From: Desulfurococcaceae archaeon
Lineage (GTDB): Archaea > Thermoproteota > Thermoprotei_A > Sulfolobales > Desulfurococcaceae
Direction: 5' to 3'
Assembly (NCBI GenBank): GCA_038888155.1
Contig: JAWAJB010000001.1
Coordinates: forward strand, 417,954 to 481,953
Length of the DNA stretch: 64,000 bases
The notes beneath the pieces were generated by a model. That model searched no databases. It had not been told where the DNA came from and worked only from the letters and a program-made list of their open reading frames with translations. The translations under genes and the position numbers were made by a program. This document shows, one piece after another, positions 9,593 to 19,790 of the stretch (position 1 is the stretch's first letter; every line of letters begins with the position of its first letter).

Positions 9593-10561
9593 CTAGAGAG
9601 CGCTATTTAGCTCATCTAAGAATATGTAGAAAATTCCTACGGGCACCCTTGCCCCAGCCGCTTGAGGGTGCCCACCTCCGCTAATGCCTAGCTTTTTACC
9701 GAGCTTCCTCAATATTTGGTTTAGATCCAAGCCAGCTTCTCCGCGCAAGCTCATTACGTACACATCTTTTCTCTCCTCGATAGCTATTCCCACTTTGGCG
9801 CCGCTGTATATTCTCGCGTAGTTAGCCGCCTTACCCAAGCTCCCGGGGGGATTTATCACGTACCCTATTTTGCCCTTTAAAGTAGCGTTGCCCTTAACCC
9901 AGACCCGCAGGCTCTCGTCTTCAGCGGCCTGCTTTAAGCTCCTCTCAACGAGCTCTTTCATTGCGCTTGGAAGCTTGTTATCAGATAGGTGCGCTACAAC
10001 TCTCCTCTTGAAGTCGTGATCTCTCCTAGAGCCCTCTAGCCCCTGTATTAGTATACCGGCCTCGAGGTATATAGATCTCTTATCCCACCGTCCCATTTCG
10101 TCTTTAACCCACGCAGTTTCATCTAAGTAGTTCCCTATTGCACCGTAGAGCGCGACCCTAGAGTACTCCGGTTCAAGCCCCCTCTCGCGCAGGAGCTTAT
10201 ACGTGAGCTCTGAGGTAGAGCAATGCGTGTCGTAAACTAGCTCAACTCCTTTAGGTACGCTAGGGCCCTCAATTAGCGGGTGATGATCTACATATATAAC
10301 TTCGCCCCGACTGGACATGTCTGCGAGAACTTTGAATATCTCCTCGCTGTGCAATTCGCTTACAGCGATATCAACTATAAAGGCGCAACCTTCACCTCTG
10401 TAGAACTCCCTTAAGTCTCCCAGTAAACCAACGGGGTGTGTAAACACCACGCTCACCTCATACCCGCTCTTCTCGAGGAATGCCTTAGCTAAAGCTGCTG
10501 AGGAAACTCCATCGCTGTCGCCGTGGGCAAAAATAAAGCACTGATGCACCAAACCACCCAA
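9593..10561 (-). CDS. DHH/DHHA1 phosphoesterase (RecJ/NrnA-like)
   Basis: HGDSDG, IVD, VDHH, MSLRG and GGGHPQAAG motifs. Confidence 0.9.
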   Translation of the reverse strand: MGGLVHQCFIFAHGDSDGVSSAALAKAFLEKSGYEVSVVFTHPVGLLGDLREFYRGEGCAFIVDIAVSELHSEEIFKVLADMSSRGEVIYVDHHPLIEGPSVPKGVELVYDTHCSTSELTYKLLRERGLEPEYSRVALYGAIGNYLDETAWVKDEMGRWDKRSIYLEAGILIQGLEGSRRDHDFKRRVVAHLSDNKLPSAMKELVERSLKQAAEDESLRVWVKGNATLKGKIGYVINPPGSLGKAANYARIYSGAKVGIAIEERKDVYVMSLRGEAGLDLNQILRKLGKKLGISGGGHPQAAGARVPVGIFYIFLDELNSAL

Positions 10562-10651
10562 TCAACTTCTAAATTAAAGGGCAAGAGCTACACTAACACG
10601 TTAGGTGCATAAGGTAAATTAAGTTTACCTACCAGCTATGAATAAAACCTT

Positions 10652-11914
10652 TTAAGCTAGAGAGTAGATTAGCTCGAGAAATCTCCTAGCATTGTCCCTA
10701 GGGTTCACTCTCTCTAGGCTCTTAGATACTACCTCTTCCCTCTTCGGCTTGCGTTTCAATGAATCCCTTATACCCTCAGCTAAGTTCTCCGCGACGGGCT
10801 TAGATATGTATCCTGTAACGCTCTCAGCAACAACTTCTGGCAACCCCCCTCTATTTGTTACAACTGCAGGGGTTCCAAGCCTGTTAGCCTCGACCGGAAC
10901 CCGGCCGAATGGCTCGGGCCATAAGCTGGGCACAATAACTACATCTGCATACTGCATTGCGCTGTAGAGCTCCGCGAAAGACGCCTTTCCCCTGAACTCG
11001 ACGCTCCTAGAAATTCCTATTCTCCTAGCGTACCTCTCAACCCACGTATCCTTACACCCAAACATTTTCATTTTCACGCTTAACCCGCTTTCAGCGAGAG
11101 CCTTTAACGAGTCAAGGGCTAGGTGGGGCCCTTTAAAGGGGTCTGGCCCCGCAGCGTAAATTACATCTACAACGTCGGCCCTAGTTTTCTCGCAATTTCT
11201 GCTCTCCGCGTATTTCATCGGGTACGTGACTAGGTTGTGAACTACGCTTATGGGTTTATCGCCAACTTCCAAGAGCTTCGTGTGAGCGAGCTTGACAAAG
11301 CTAGAGACTGCAATAAAGCCGTCAATGCAACTAACAGCTTCTCTGAGCGCCTGTTTGTGCCTGAAAAGATCCAAGCTACTTGGTTTTTTCAGCAAGCTTG
11401 ATATGTGCGGATAAATTCCCCTCCACGAGGAGGTTGCACCAAGTTTAGCAAGCTCAATGCCTAACTCCCCTGCGCACCTAATAGCCCTGCCTGCGGTACA
11501 CTTCTCGAGGCATATAGCCTTCATGCCGCGGTATAGCGTCCACGTGGGGCAAATTAGAGAGTAGCTGTGGAGGTGGGCTAATACAGGTACATTCTTAACT
11601 GCCTTAACTCGAGGCGCTACTAGGTATTCAACGTCTGTGATCCACACAGCATCAGCCCACTTCACGAGGGAGTCCTGCTGGCTAACAAGCATGTCCGGGA
11701 AGTGCAGTTTTTCCTCACAGGGAACAGCCCTGTAGTCGACTCCCATTAGCTTTAGGGGCTTTGTAAATAAAGTGCTGGAGCTACTGCACAGCATTACCTT
11801 TAGGTTGAGCACGTCTTTAAAGAACTCAAAGAACTCAAGAGTGGCGATCCAAGCTCCTCCGAACCACAGGCCGTGAGCTATTGCCAGCAAGTTTAAGCTG
11901 CCTTCTTTACGCAC
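10652..11914 (-). CDS. glycosyltransferase family 4
   Basis: FIAVS, KG, PSLWPEPFGRVPVEA..GTPAVVTNRGGLPEVV. Confidence 0.92.
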   Translation of the reverse strand: MRKEGSLNLLAIAHGLWFGGAWIATLEFFEFFKDVLNLKVMLCSSSSTLFTKPLKLMGVDYRAVPCEEKLHFPDMLVSQQDSLVKWADAVWITDVEYLVAPRVKAVKNVPVLAHLHSYSLICPTWTLYRGMKAICLEKCTAGRAIRCAGELGIELAKLGATSSWRGIYPHISSLLKKPSSLDLFRHKQALREAVSCIDGFIAVSSFVKLAHTKLLEVGDKPISVVHNLVTYPMKYAESRNCEKTRADVVDVIYAAGPDPFKGPHLALDSLKALAESGLSVKMKMFGCKDTWVERYARRIGISRSVEFRGKASFAELYSAMQYADVVIVPSLWPEPFGRVPVEANRLGTPAVVTNRGGLPEVVAESVTGYISKPVAENLAEGIRDSLKRKPKREEVVSKSLERVNPRDNARRFLELIYSLA

Positions 11915-12008
11915 GCTGAGCGCCCCTTTAGCCCCTTTAACTACCTACTTCGATCCAGCGCTAAGGGACTAAAATACCTCTGAAGAGAGCGAAAACGCAG
12001 AGAGCTGC

Positions 12009-13598
12009 CTACCTCAATAACGCTAATATCTTCTCCTCGTAGCTTACCATTACTGCTACTACCGGCCTAATTAGCGCGATCTTCGTGAATATTGAAGCCA
12101 AGATCTGCACATCCTCGCTGTTTATTGCCTTGAGGAGGGGCAGCAGCGTCAAGTAGGCGAACAGGTACATCAAGCTCCCCGCAAATAGCCTAATGAGGCT
12201 AGGCGCGTGGACATAGAGCGTTAGGAGTATAACTGGTATTGCAGACAGCGTTGACGCTAAGTATATGCTACCTGTAGATTTTAAGTCCAGCCTCGCGCTG
12301 TATCTCTTCCCAACAACTCTCAGACTGTATATCGTTGAGGCGCCCGTTGCTACAAGCATTGATGCTATCAAGCCCTCGACGCCTAGTAACCTAGTTAAAA
12401 CTAGAGAGAGCGGAGCGAAAACTGCAGCTTGGATTACTGTAGCCTTAAAGTTAACCCCGGGTAGCCCGACGCCGCTGAACAGGCTTCCGAGGATCGTGTA
12501 GCCCAATCCAATGTATAAGTAGTTTGTTGCTAAGAGGGATAAATAGCGCGATGCGAGCATGTACTCTGGTCCCAAGAGCACGGATACTATATCTTGCGAC
12601 ATCGACGATACAAGCACTGAAGTTGGGATCACAAGCAGGGATGAGTACTTAGTTGAATAGCGGAGCATGCTCTTCAGCTCGCCTGGGTTGTCCCCGAGCT
12701 TCGAGAAAGCTGGAAATAGGACACTTGTAATCGGCCCTAGTATCAGAGTTATGAGGGATGTAAATCGCAGCGCAACGTTGAAGTTCCCTATAACGTAGTC
12801 GGAGACAGTGTAAGCGAGAATAACTCCTCGGAGAGTATCTAGCGAGGCAGTTATAACAGATGCAACGTAGAGAGCTAGCCCGTAGCTCAGCATCAGCGAG
12901 ATTGTACTCATATGAGTGTATTTATTGGAAGATCGACTGACCCCAACATTCGGTTGCTTGTTGTGCACAAGGAGAAGACTCGTTGCGACTCCAACAGCGT
13001 ATGCTATTACATTACCTGCGAGCGCGCCAGCTACGCTAAGCCCTAGGACTACGAGCACGGGGGCCATTATTAGCCTAAAGGATTGAAGCACAACGCTCGT
13101 TAGTGCGCAGCCCTTGGTGTCACCAAAGCCCAGGAGGATGCTGTTAGCTACGTTGAACAGCGACTGAAGGACAACTATGGGGAGAGCTATTTTCACCAAG
13201 TCGATAAGCCCTGAGCGGTTTATGAACATAACTGTTAAATTCTCAACGAGGAGTAGCGACAACATATAAACAATTATTGACTCTAGCGTTGCGAACAGTA
13301 GCCCTGTCCTCACAAGTGAGGCGACCCGCTGGCGATCACCTCTCTCATTATAGTAAGCAATGTACCTAGTTAAAGCGTAGTTTACGCCTAGACCTGTAAA
13401 CAGTGTTAGGAAAGATTGCGGAACAAAGGCCAGGGAGTATGCACCGTATAAGTCTGGACCCAGCAACCTTGCAATTAATATCCCGCAGAGAGCAGAGAGA
13501 AATGTGGCGAGCGTGTTACCACTAAATAAGAATAGCGCCCCAGTCGCTGCCTCCTCAAAGAGGCGGGACAAGCTGCTATCAAAGGCATTGCTCAACAA
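12009..13598 (-). CDS. oligosaccharide flippase (Wzx/MOP superfamily)
   Basis: ARLLGPDLYG, LGVNYALTRYIA, VLFPAFS; 12-14 TM helices; adjacent to the GT4 gene. Confidence 0.88.
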   Translation of the reverse strand: MLSNAFDSSLSRLFEEAATGALFLFSGNTLATFLSALCGILIARLLGPDLYGAYSLAFVPQSFLTLFTGLGVNYALTRYIAYYNERGDRQRVASLVRTGLLFATLESIIVYMLSLLLVENLTVMFINRSGLIDLVKIALPIVVLQSLFNVANSILLGFGDTKGCALTSVVLQSFRLIMAPVLVVLGLSVAGALAGNVIAYAVGVATSLLLVHNKQPNVGVSRSSNKYTHMSTISLMLSYGLALYVASVITASLDTLRGVILAYTVSDYVIGNFNVALRFTSLITLILGPITSVLFPAFSKLGDNPGELKSMLRYSTKYSSLLVIPTSVLVSSMSQDIVSVLLGPEYMLASRYLSLLATNYLYIGLGYTILGSLFSGVGLPGVNFKATVIQAAVFAPLSLVLTRLLGVEGLIASMLVATGASTIYSLRVVGKRYSARLDLKSTGSIYLASTLSAIPVILLTLYVHAPSLIRLFAGSLMYLFAYLTLLPLLKAINSEDVQILASIFTKIALIRPVVAVMVSYEEKILALLR

Positions 13599-13842
13599 TT
13601 AAGCACCTAGCTTAGTGGTGTATGCGTGGAGTGGCCCTAAACTTATACTTCTATCTACAAAATAAGCATCAATTGTTTAATAACGGGTTACAGTACCGTT
13701 AGAGAATACAAACTATATAAGCGCGGATGGGGGTTTACTGCTCTGATCAACACGTGGACGCAGGCGGGATCCAGACTACGGGCTATTAAAAACTACCTCC
13801 ACGATCCAACAACATTAGCGCGGCGTCTTTAAAGCGAGCAAA

Positions 13843-14265
13843 TTACTGTTTTAGCTGGGAGAAGTACTCTCTGGCTCTGTTGATCGCCTCTGCAAGAGCT
13901 GGAGTGGGCTGAGCTATTGGAGGTATGAACACGCAGAATAACTCTAAGTGTGTAGATCCTGTGTTTTTAACCATGTGAATCGTGCCGCTCTTAGCTACCA
14001 TTAAGTACCCCGGCCTAATTTCACTAACTAATTCTTTCTCGTTAATTACTTCAATGAATTCGCCTTCACCGCTCGAAACGTAAATTATTTCATCAGAGCC
14101 TTCGTGTTTGTGGAGACCGGTATTCCCCTCAGGGGGGAGCTGAACAACAGCAACGGTAGCTTTGTCGTAGTTCCCTATCTCGGGGGCCAGAACTACGCCT
14201 ATCTCTCTTTCACTCGGCCTGGGTGCCTTATAGCGAGGAATTTTCCTAGGGTTAATTACAGGCAT
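13843..14265 (-). CDS. cupin domain protein
   Basis: HKHEGSDEIIYVSSGEG and GTIHMVKNTG cupin metal motifs. Confidence 0.9.
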   Translation of the reverse strand: MPVINPRKIPRYKAPRPSEREIGVVLAPEIGNYDKATVAVVQLPPEGNTGLHKHEGSDEIIYVSSGEGEFIEVINEKELVSEIRPGYLMVAKSGTIHMVKNTGSTHLELFCVFIPPIAQPTPALAEAINRAREYFSQLKQ

Positions 14266-14404
14266 CGAGACTCCCAGCCCAGATAATGTACCTGCATGCT
14301 ATTATATCTGTTTGTAGTGGGCTACCTAGTAACGAAGGCGCTTTATCGTAACTATAGGTATTTTAAGTACGCGCGTGCCCAGCAGTACAGGCAGGGTTCA
14401 TAGT

Positions 14405-15661
14405 TTAGAAAACCCAAAGGAAACCGTTGGACAGGAAATACAGGGATACAGCTACTACTAGGGTTGCTGTAACCCCTATTAGCATTTCGCGATAAGTGCT
14501 CGTAAGGGGTTGTTCGAAGTACTGCGCTGAGTAAACATAGCACAGGTGGGCAGGCGATGCAAGGTACCCTAGCATGTTAGAGGTATATATTAAGGACGCC
14601 TCCCCTGGCCCTACGCTTAGAATTGGCTTAAATATAGATATAGCTACTACGCTTCCAGTTAGAGGAGAACCAGTGGCGAGGGAGAGCACAAATGGAGTTA
14701 AGGATAGCAGTACTAGCTCTGTAGCTTTATCCCCCTGCGGCATGAGGCCGGAGATAATGTCGGGGCCACCTAGAGCTAGAAATGCATCCCTGAGAAGAAT
14801 AGCAGAAAAGGCAGCTGTAACAAGCTCGAAAGTAGTCCTCGAGATAATAGCTTCAACAATATCCCTCAAGCTCTTGCCCGCTAGCTTAACTAGTAGCGCT
14901 ATTGCTAGCCCCAATCCCAGCACCATAGAGTAGCGAGTTAGGGGAACAAAGGGAATTAGTTGCCTATCGAGTAAAGGGCTTACTGCAACTGCGAGAAATA
15001 TAGCCACCAGCATGGGCGAAAATACGTACATTAGTAAGCTCGCGTTGGGGTCCCCTGTGTTGTGATTGTATTGCTTGTGCGAGTTGCGGAAGCTCACGGC
15101 GTAGCCTATTGCTACCATTGAAACTACTATGGGAGTCTGTCTCAGTACAAGCTCCCACATGCTAACTCCGGCTAGACTAGCCGTTGTAATCAGCGTAGTG
15201 CTTAAAGGGTACACTAGGAAGATCACGTGGCGGAACCAGACATTAATGAAGAGCTTTAGCTTTTTGCTAAGCCCCAGGTGGTTGCCCACCCCATCAACTA
15301 CAGGCGCTGACATTAAAGCGCCACCAGCAACGGGGAGCAACCCCATTATTGCGGGCACAAGAGTTGCAATGGCTTTGGGCTTCTTCAAAGCCTTAACGAG
15401 CTCTTCGCCGAGCTTTGCCAGGAATCCAGAAGCGCGATAGAGGTTAACGAATACAGCTATTAGGAACGTGACCACAACGAGGTCGATAGCCGTAGAGCTC
15501 ATTGTAGTAGAGTATAGAATGCTCGACAGCCCTGGAAGACCCCCGCCGATTAGGCCCATAGACAACGAGGCAACTAGGAGAGCAAACCACACGGGCTTCC
15601 CTAGACCCAAGGATGCCGCGAGAACAAAAAACCCAACTAAGATGCCTACTTCGCTCTGCAT
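14405..15661 (-). CDS. DUF401 family membrane protein (IT superfamily transporter-like)
   Basis: PAIMGLLPVAGGALMSAP, NVWFRH, SPAHLC signature motifs. Confidence 0.85.
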   Translation of the reverse strand: MQSEVGILVGFFVLAASLGLGKPVWFALLVASLSMGLIGGGLPGLSSILYSTTMSSTAIDLVVVTFLIAVFVNLYRASGFLAKLGEELVKALKKPKAIATLVPAIMGLLPVAGGALMSAPVVDGVGNHLGLSKKLKLFINVWFRHVIFLVYPLSTTLITTASLAGVSMWELVLRQTPIVVSMVAIGYAVSFRNSHKQYNHNTGDPNASLLMYVFSPMLVAIFLAVAVSPLLDRQLIPFVPLTRYSMVLGLGLAIALLVKLAGKSLRDIVEAIISRTTFELVTAAFSAILLRDAFLALGGPDIISGLMPQGDKATELVLLSLTPFVLSLATGSPLTGSVVAISIFKPILSVGPGEASLIYTSNMLGYLASPAHLCYVYSAQYFEQPLTSTYREMLIGVTATLVVAVSLYFLSNGFLWVF

Positions 15662-15865
15662 TTTTGTACTACCCCATCAGTGCTATGCATTCTAGAATAT
15701 ACAATGAGATAATAAAGGTAACTAAAGCTGCGAGGTCGTATTTGAATTTAATTTGTAGGGCGAAAGCTCACGGAGCGCCCTAAAGTTTAATAAAAAGATG
15801 TGCTTTTTCACGAGGCTCAACAAAAAGGGTAGATCTTTAGTTAGTGCCTTACTTGTGCTCGAGCG

Positions 15866-17023
15866 CTATCTTTTCTTAACTGGCGGTACTTCAAACTTGT
15901 GCCTTATCAAGTACTTCTCAATTAAGTCTACTGCCTTTATTCTCCTGGCCTGGTGCTCCTTGAGGAAGTTTGAAACTCTTTCGGCTAGTTCTCTCTTGCA
16001 CTCGCCGCATATCACAGCTCCAGATCTACAGGCGCTGTATCTCCCAGCTAGTTTTCCTTCATCCTCTTCGAACATCATTTCGTACATCTTGTAGACTGGG
16101 CACATGTCTGGGTTTCCGCCAAGCTTCTTCTGTAGCTCAACGGTAGGCTGTCCGCCTGTGTAAGCCCTCAGTACCTTCTTGTAAGCTACTTCTAAGTCGT
16201 CTGTAGTGTACACTGCTGACTCCGGCTTAGATGACGACATTTTACCGCCTATGTCCAAGCCAGGTAGAAGCTTGCAGTGTATCTGCGTTGGTTTAGGGTA
16301 GCCAAGCGACTGAGCTATATCCCTTGCCAGTCTCCAATATGGGTCCTGATCTATAGCTGCTGGTATTAATATCTCTGTAGGCTCTCCAAAGAGCTCAGTT
16401 GGTAGGAACGACACAGCAATTTGGAGCGTGGGGAAGAATATCATGCCCACGTTTGTTGAGTCGTTGAACCCAAATGTTGCCTTTTGGGTGGAGAAAGTTA
16501 TTTTCTTGGCAACGTTAACAGCTATTGGGTACAGATATCTTATGTCCTCTGTATCAATAATAATGTGCGTCTTGCTTGGATCCAGCCCAAGCGCAGCTAG
16601 GTCAAGGGTATTTTCATATGCATACCTATTGTACTCCTCGAGGTTTTTGCCCTCGCTGTGAAGGAACTTCTCGTCGTCAGTCATTTCAAAGAATAAGTGA
16701 AAGCCGAACTTATCTTGTAGCCACTTTGTGAAGATCCACGGGAGCAAATGGCCAATGTGAGTGAAGCCAGAAGGCCCCCGACCAGTGTAGAGCGCGCACC
16801 TATGTCCTTCGCCGTACTTCTCTAAGAATACATCGAGGTCCCTGTGAGCGTAGAACACCCTTCTACGTAGCATTACGTGGTCTTCTCGGGTGTGGCTCTT
16901 TATCAAGTCGATTTCCTTGTTTGTTAGGGGTTTAACGCCGAACAGCTTTATTAGCTTCTCGTAATCTACAAACGCTGGTGCCTCCCAAGGCGTAACACTT
17001 ACATCGCTCGCCACAAAGGTCAA
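15866..17023 (-). CDS. trpS: tryptophan--tRNA ligase
   Basis: VTPW, YTGRGPS..HIGH, TDDEK, AIDQDPY, KMSSS. Confidence 0.97.
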   Translation of the reverse strand: MTFVASDVSVTPWEAPAFVDYEKLIKLFGVKPLTNKEIDLIKSHTREDHVMLRRRVFYAHRDLDVFLEKYGEGHRCALYTGRGPSGFTHIGHLLPWIFTKWLQDKFGFHLFFEMTDDEKFLHSEGKNLEEYNRYAYENTLDLAALGLDPSKTHIIIDTEDIRYLYPIAVNVAKKITFSTQKATFGFNDSTNVGMIFFPTLQIAVSFLPTELFGEPTEILIPAAIDQDPYWRLARDIAQSLGYPKPTQIHCKLLPGLDIGGKMSSSKPESAVYTTDDLEVAYKKVLRAYTGGQPTVELQKKLGGNPDMCPVYKMYEMMFEEDEGKLAGRYSACRSGAVICGECKRELAERVSNFLKEHQARRIKAVDLIEKYLIRHKFEVPPVKKR

Positions 17024-17431
17024 CCACCAATCACTCTACATATTTGCTAGAGGGGTTAAAAGTGTTAGTTTATCCCGCTGTGAAGGCGGCGCGAAGTTTC
17101 GCTCTCACATTAGCGCTTGTTTTCACTTGTAATCCTGCTCTGTCAATCCAAGTAACTAATCACATAAAAACAGGTTCATGTTAATTGCTCCTCGCAACAG
17201 CTTTAACGCTACATCTTGGAGGGCTAGAGCGAGCTTACGCCCTGTAGTAGCCTCGAAGGTTGTAGAAATGGGGACCTATGGGCTTATTGCCATAGCTATA
17301 TAGTAGCGTCAGCGCGCCCGACAAGTAGAAGCTAATCGCGTGTAGCGTAATGAGGAGGCTACCTAAAAAAAGAGCCAAATGGTTTAAGCGATGGGTTAAT
17401 GTAAGAGCCTCTAGGTGTGGAGAAGGGGCAG

Positions 17432-18634
17432 TCATCCAGTGGAGTGTTTAGCTACTATATCTAGTATTCTATCAACTTCTCGCTTCACTACCTGCGGTAT
17501 TGGCGCGTCAATGTTCATGAATCCCCTTATTAGCACGGCTTTAGCCTCCTCTTCGGTGAAGCCCCTGCTCATAAGGTAGTCTATTTCTCTCTGGGCTATT
17601 AGCCCTATAGCTGCCTCGTGGCTCAGCACAGCTCCCTCTTTTCTGGACGTTATAATGGGTACTGAGGAGATCATCGCTTTAGGCGAGAGGAGCAGCCCGA
17701 GGCACTCAATGTGGCCCCTAGTGTTCGAATCAACGGCTTCTATTTCAGCTCTTGCGTAAATGCTAGACTCGTCTTTAGCTACGACCCTTGATATGCTCTC
17801 TGCCGTGGAGCCTTGCTCTGCGAGCACGCTCAGCGAGCCGATATCGTAAACTCCCCTCCCGCTTGAAGCTACTATGGAGGCTAGGTATGCGTGTGCGCCT
17901 CTCTTGAGGTACACGGCTGGGTAAGTCTGCAGAGAGGCCACAGGGCTGTAAGTTAAATAGTAGTTTGCGTATACGCCTCCATCCTCTACGCTAACAGCTG
18001 TCCTGGGCCGAACGTGCAACCCCTCGGCCCAAGCGTGTATCATTGTGAAGGTTAACTTGGCGTTCTTGGCGACGTAAAACTCTGACACCCCTATGTGCGC
18101 GCCGTCTCTAACTCCGTGCGGTATTGTGCAGCCTGTTATTAGGTCTACCTCCGAGCCCTCATCAACGTAGACGACGTTGTGGGCAAACTGTATAGTGTTA
18201 TTAGTCACAATGGCTAAGCACGTATATATGGGCACGGGCACCTTGGTGTTCGGCGGGACGTATATAAAGTAGCCTACCTCGCCGCCGTATAGATACGCCG
18301 AGGCAGTGTACTTGTCGCTGGCTGGGTTCACGAGGCGCCAAGAGAGCTCGCGTGCCCTCGAGGTCTTTCTAATTGCATCTGCAGTTGGCATAACCGTAAC
18401 TCCGTACTTGGAGAGCGCGCTAGTCATAGCTGTGTACAAAGCCCTTTCGTTAGCTTGAGCGTATGCTACCCTATCTGGGCTAACTCCTACCCTCGGGGCA
18501 GCAGAAGTTATCTGGGGGCTTAATTGCGCGGTTTCATCAACTACTGCCTCTTCAACACGGTACTTGGAGAGATCTATATCTGGGCCGAAGCGCGCGGGTT
18601 TTTCAAGCGCTCTCTTGATATCCTCTAAGCTCAC
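17432..18634 (-). CDS. sufB: Fe-S cluster assembly scaffold SufB/SufD-like (SmsB)
   Basis: QFAHN, ITGC, SEFYV, GHIECLGL, LSHEAAIG, YLMSRG; follows sufC. Confidence 0.9.
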   Translation of the reverse strand: MSLEDIKRALEKPARFGPDIDLSKYRVEEAVVDETAQLSPQITSAAPRVGVSPDRVAYAQANERALYTAMTSALSKYGVTVMPTADAIRKTSRARELSWRLVNPASDKYTASAYLYGGEVGYFIYVPPNTKVPVPIYTCLAIVTNNTIQFAHNVVYVDEGSEVDLITGCTIPHGVRDGAHIGVSEFYVAKNAKLTFTMIHAWAEGLHVRPRTAVSVEDGGVYANYYLTYSPVASLQTYPAVYLKRGAHAYLASIVASSGRGVYDIGSLSVLAEQGSTAESISRVVAKDESSIYARAEIEAVDSNTRGHIECLGLLLSPKAMISSVPIITSRKEGAVLSHEAAIGLIAQREIDYLMSRGFTEEEAKAVLIRGFMNIDAPIPQVVKREVDRILDIVAKHSTG

Positions 18635-18636
18635 AG

Positions 18637-19365
18637 CTAGGTCCCCCTCTCCCTGAGCACCTCCAGCCCTCTCCTGTATCCGAACTTCACTATTACTGGT
18701 AACACCTCGTCGGGCGAACCCGAGTAAATTAACTTGCCCTGCATAAGTATGTGCACTTTATCTATTCTGCTGAGCTTCTCTGCTATTGCCCCAAGGTGAG
18801 TTACCAGTACTACCCCCGTTCCGCGCGATCTAAGCCTCTCAATAGACCTCGCTATTAATTGAATGCTCTCTATATCTACGCCGCTATCCGGTTCATCCAG
18901 CATGGCGAGCTTAGGGTTCTGCAACATAACCAAGAAGAGCTCTGTTCTCTTCTTCTCGCCGCCGCTGTAGTTAACGAACAGGTCTCTACTCATGAAGTCC
19001 TCAAGCAGTAGTGACTTAGCTAAGAGCGTGCAGTCCGAGCAACCGTATTTCTTGGCCAGGGCAGATGAGATGTCTCTCAGCTTTACTCCTTTAATTTCTG
19101 GTGAGTACTGGTGCGCTAGTGCAATACCGAGCTTAGCCCTCTCGTAGCTAGGCGATTTAGTTATGTCAACGCCCTCGAGGAGCAGCTTGCCTCCACATAT
19201 GTTGACGTGCCTTAATCCCATAATAGCGGATAGTAACGTAGACTTGCCGCTACCGTTAGGCCCCATAACTACGTGCACTTCAGCGCGATTAACGCTCATT
19301 GATACGCTGTCTAGGATTCTCCTGTTATCAGCGCAAACGCTGAGCTCTTTTACCTCGAGTAGCAT
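18637..19365 (-). CDS. sufC: Fe-S cluster assembly ABC ATPase SufC (SmsC)
   Basis: MGPNGSGKST, YSGGEKKR, LDEPDSGVD, VTH. Start trimmed to the ATG at 19365 (MLLEVKEL), which has a GGTG RBS-like motif upstream. Confidence 0.92.
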   Translation of the reverse strand: MLLEVKELSVCADNRRILDSVSMSVNRAEVHVVMGPNGSGKSTLLSAIMGLRHVNICGGKLLLEGVDITKSPSYERAKLGIALAHQYSPEIKGVKLRDISSALAKKYGCSDCTLLAKSLLLEDFMSRDLFVNYSGGEKKRTELFLVMLQNPKLAMLDEPDSGVDIESIQLIARSIERLRSRGTGVVLVTHLGAIAEKLSRIDKVHILMQGKLIYSGSPDEVLPVIVKFGYRRGLEVLRERGT

Positions 19366-19649
19366 TAGTGAAGCACCTATAACATAGTTATAATACCATC
19401 TACAGTTGCTTATAAACCTAAGCGCGGGCCAGCGTAAAGTTAAAGACATCAGCTCTAAAAGCTTTTTCCCAAGTTATCGCAAATAACTTAGCTAGCATAA
19501 CTGGGGATTCTCCTCCGCCCTAGCGCTCATTTATAATACACTGCCTAAGTGCGGCGTTTGCAGGCGCGCTAAAGTTGCCCTTCAAGCAGATTAACTCTCA
19601 GCAGTAGATAGTATTTTTAAGGAGGAACCGCGCTATACATTTACAGGAA

Positions 19650-19756
19650 GCCGCCGTAGCTCAGCCCGGCAGAGCGCCGGACTCATACGGGCTCAGTGAA
19701 ATCGGAGTTGGCTCTGGGTGATCCGGTCGTCCCGGGTTCAAATCCCGGCGGCGGCA
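19650..19756 (+). tRNA. tRNA-Met(CAT), probably elongator, with 33-nt intron at 37/38 (19688-19720)
   Basis: GCCGCCG stem, CCGGA-CT CAT A^intron^A-TCCGG. Canonical bulge-helix-bulge: CTCA/TGGG helix, TAC and TGA bulges, GGGC/GCTC outer helix. Confidence 0.95.
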
Positions 19757-19790
19757 ATTTCCCCATTTGATCACTCGTTTGCTAACAGGC

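Noticed and set aside
17100-17166. Possible minus-strand C/D sRNA (GTGATTA..TTGA/CAGA..GTGAAAA..GTGA)
   Set aside because: Box spacing is ambiguous and I recognised no target.
17235-17435. 66-aa hydrophobic ORF overlapping the sufB stop
   Set aside because: Could be real, but no family signal and insufficient support.
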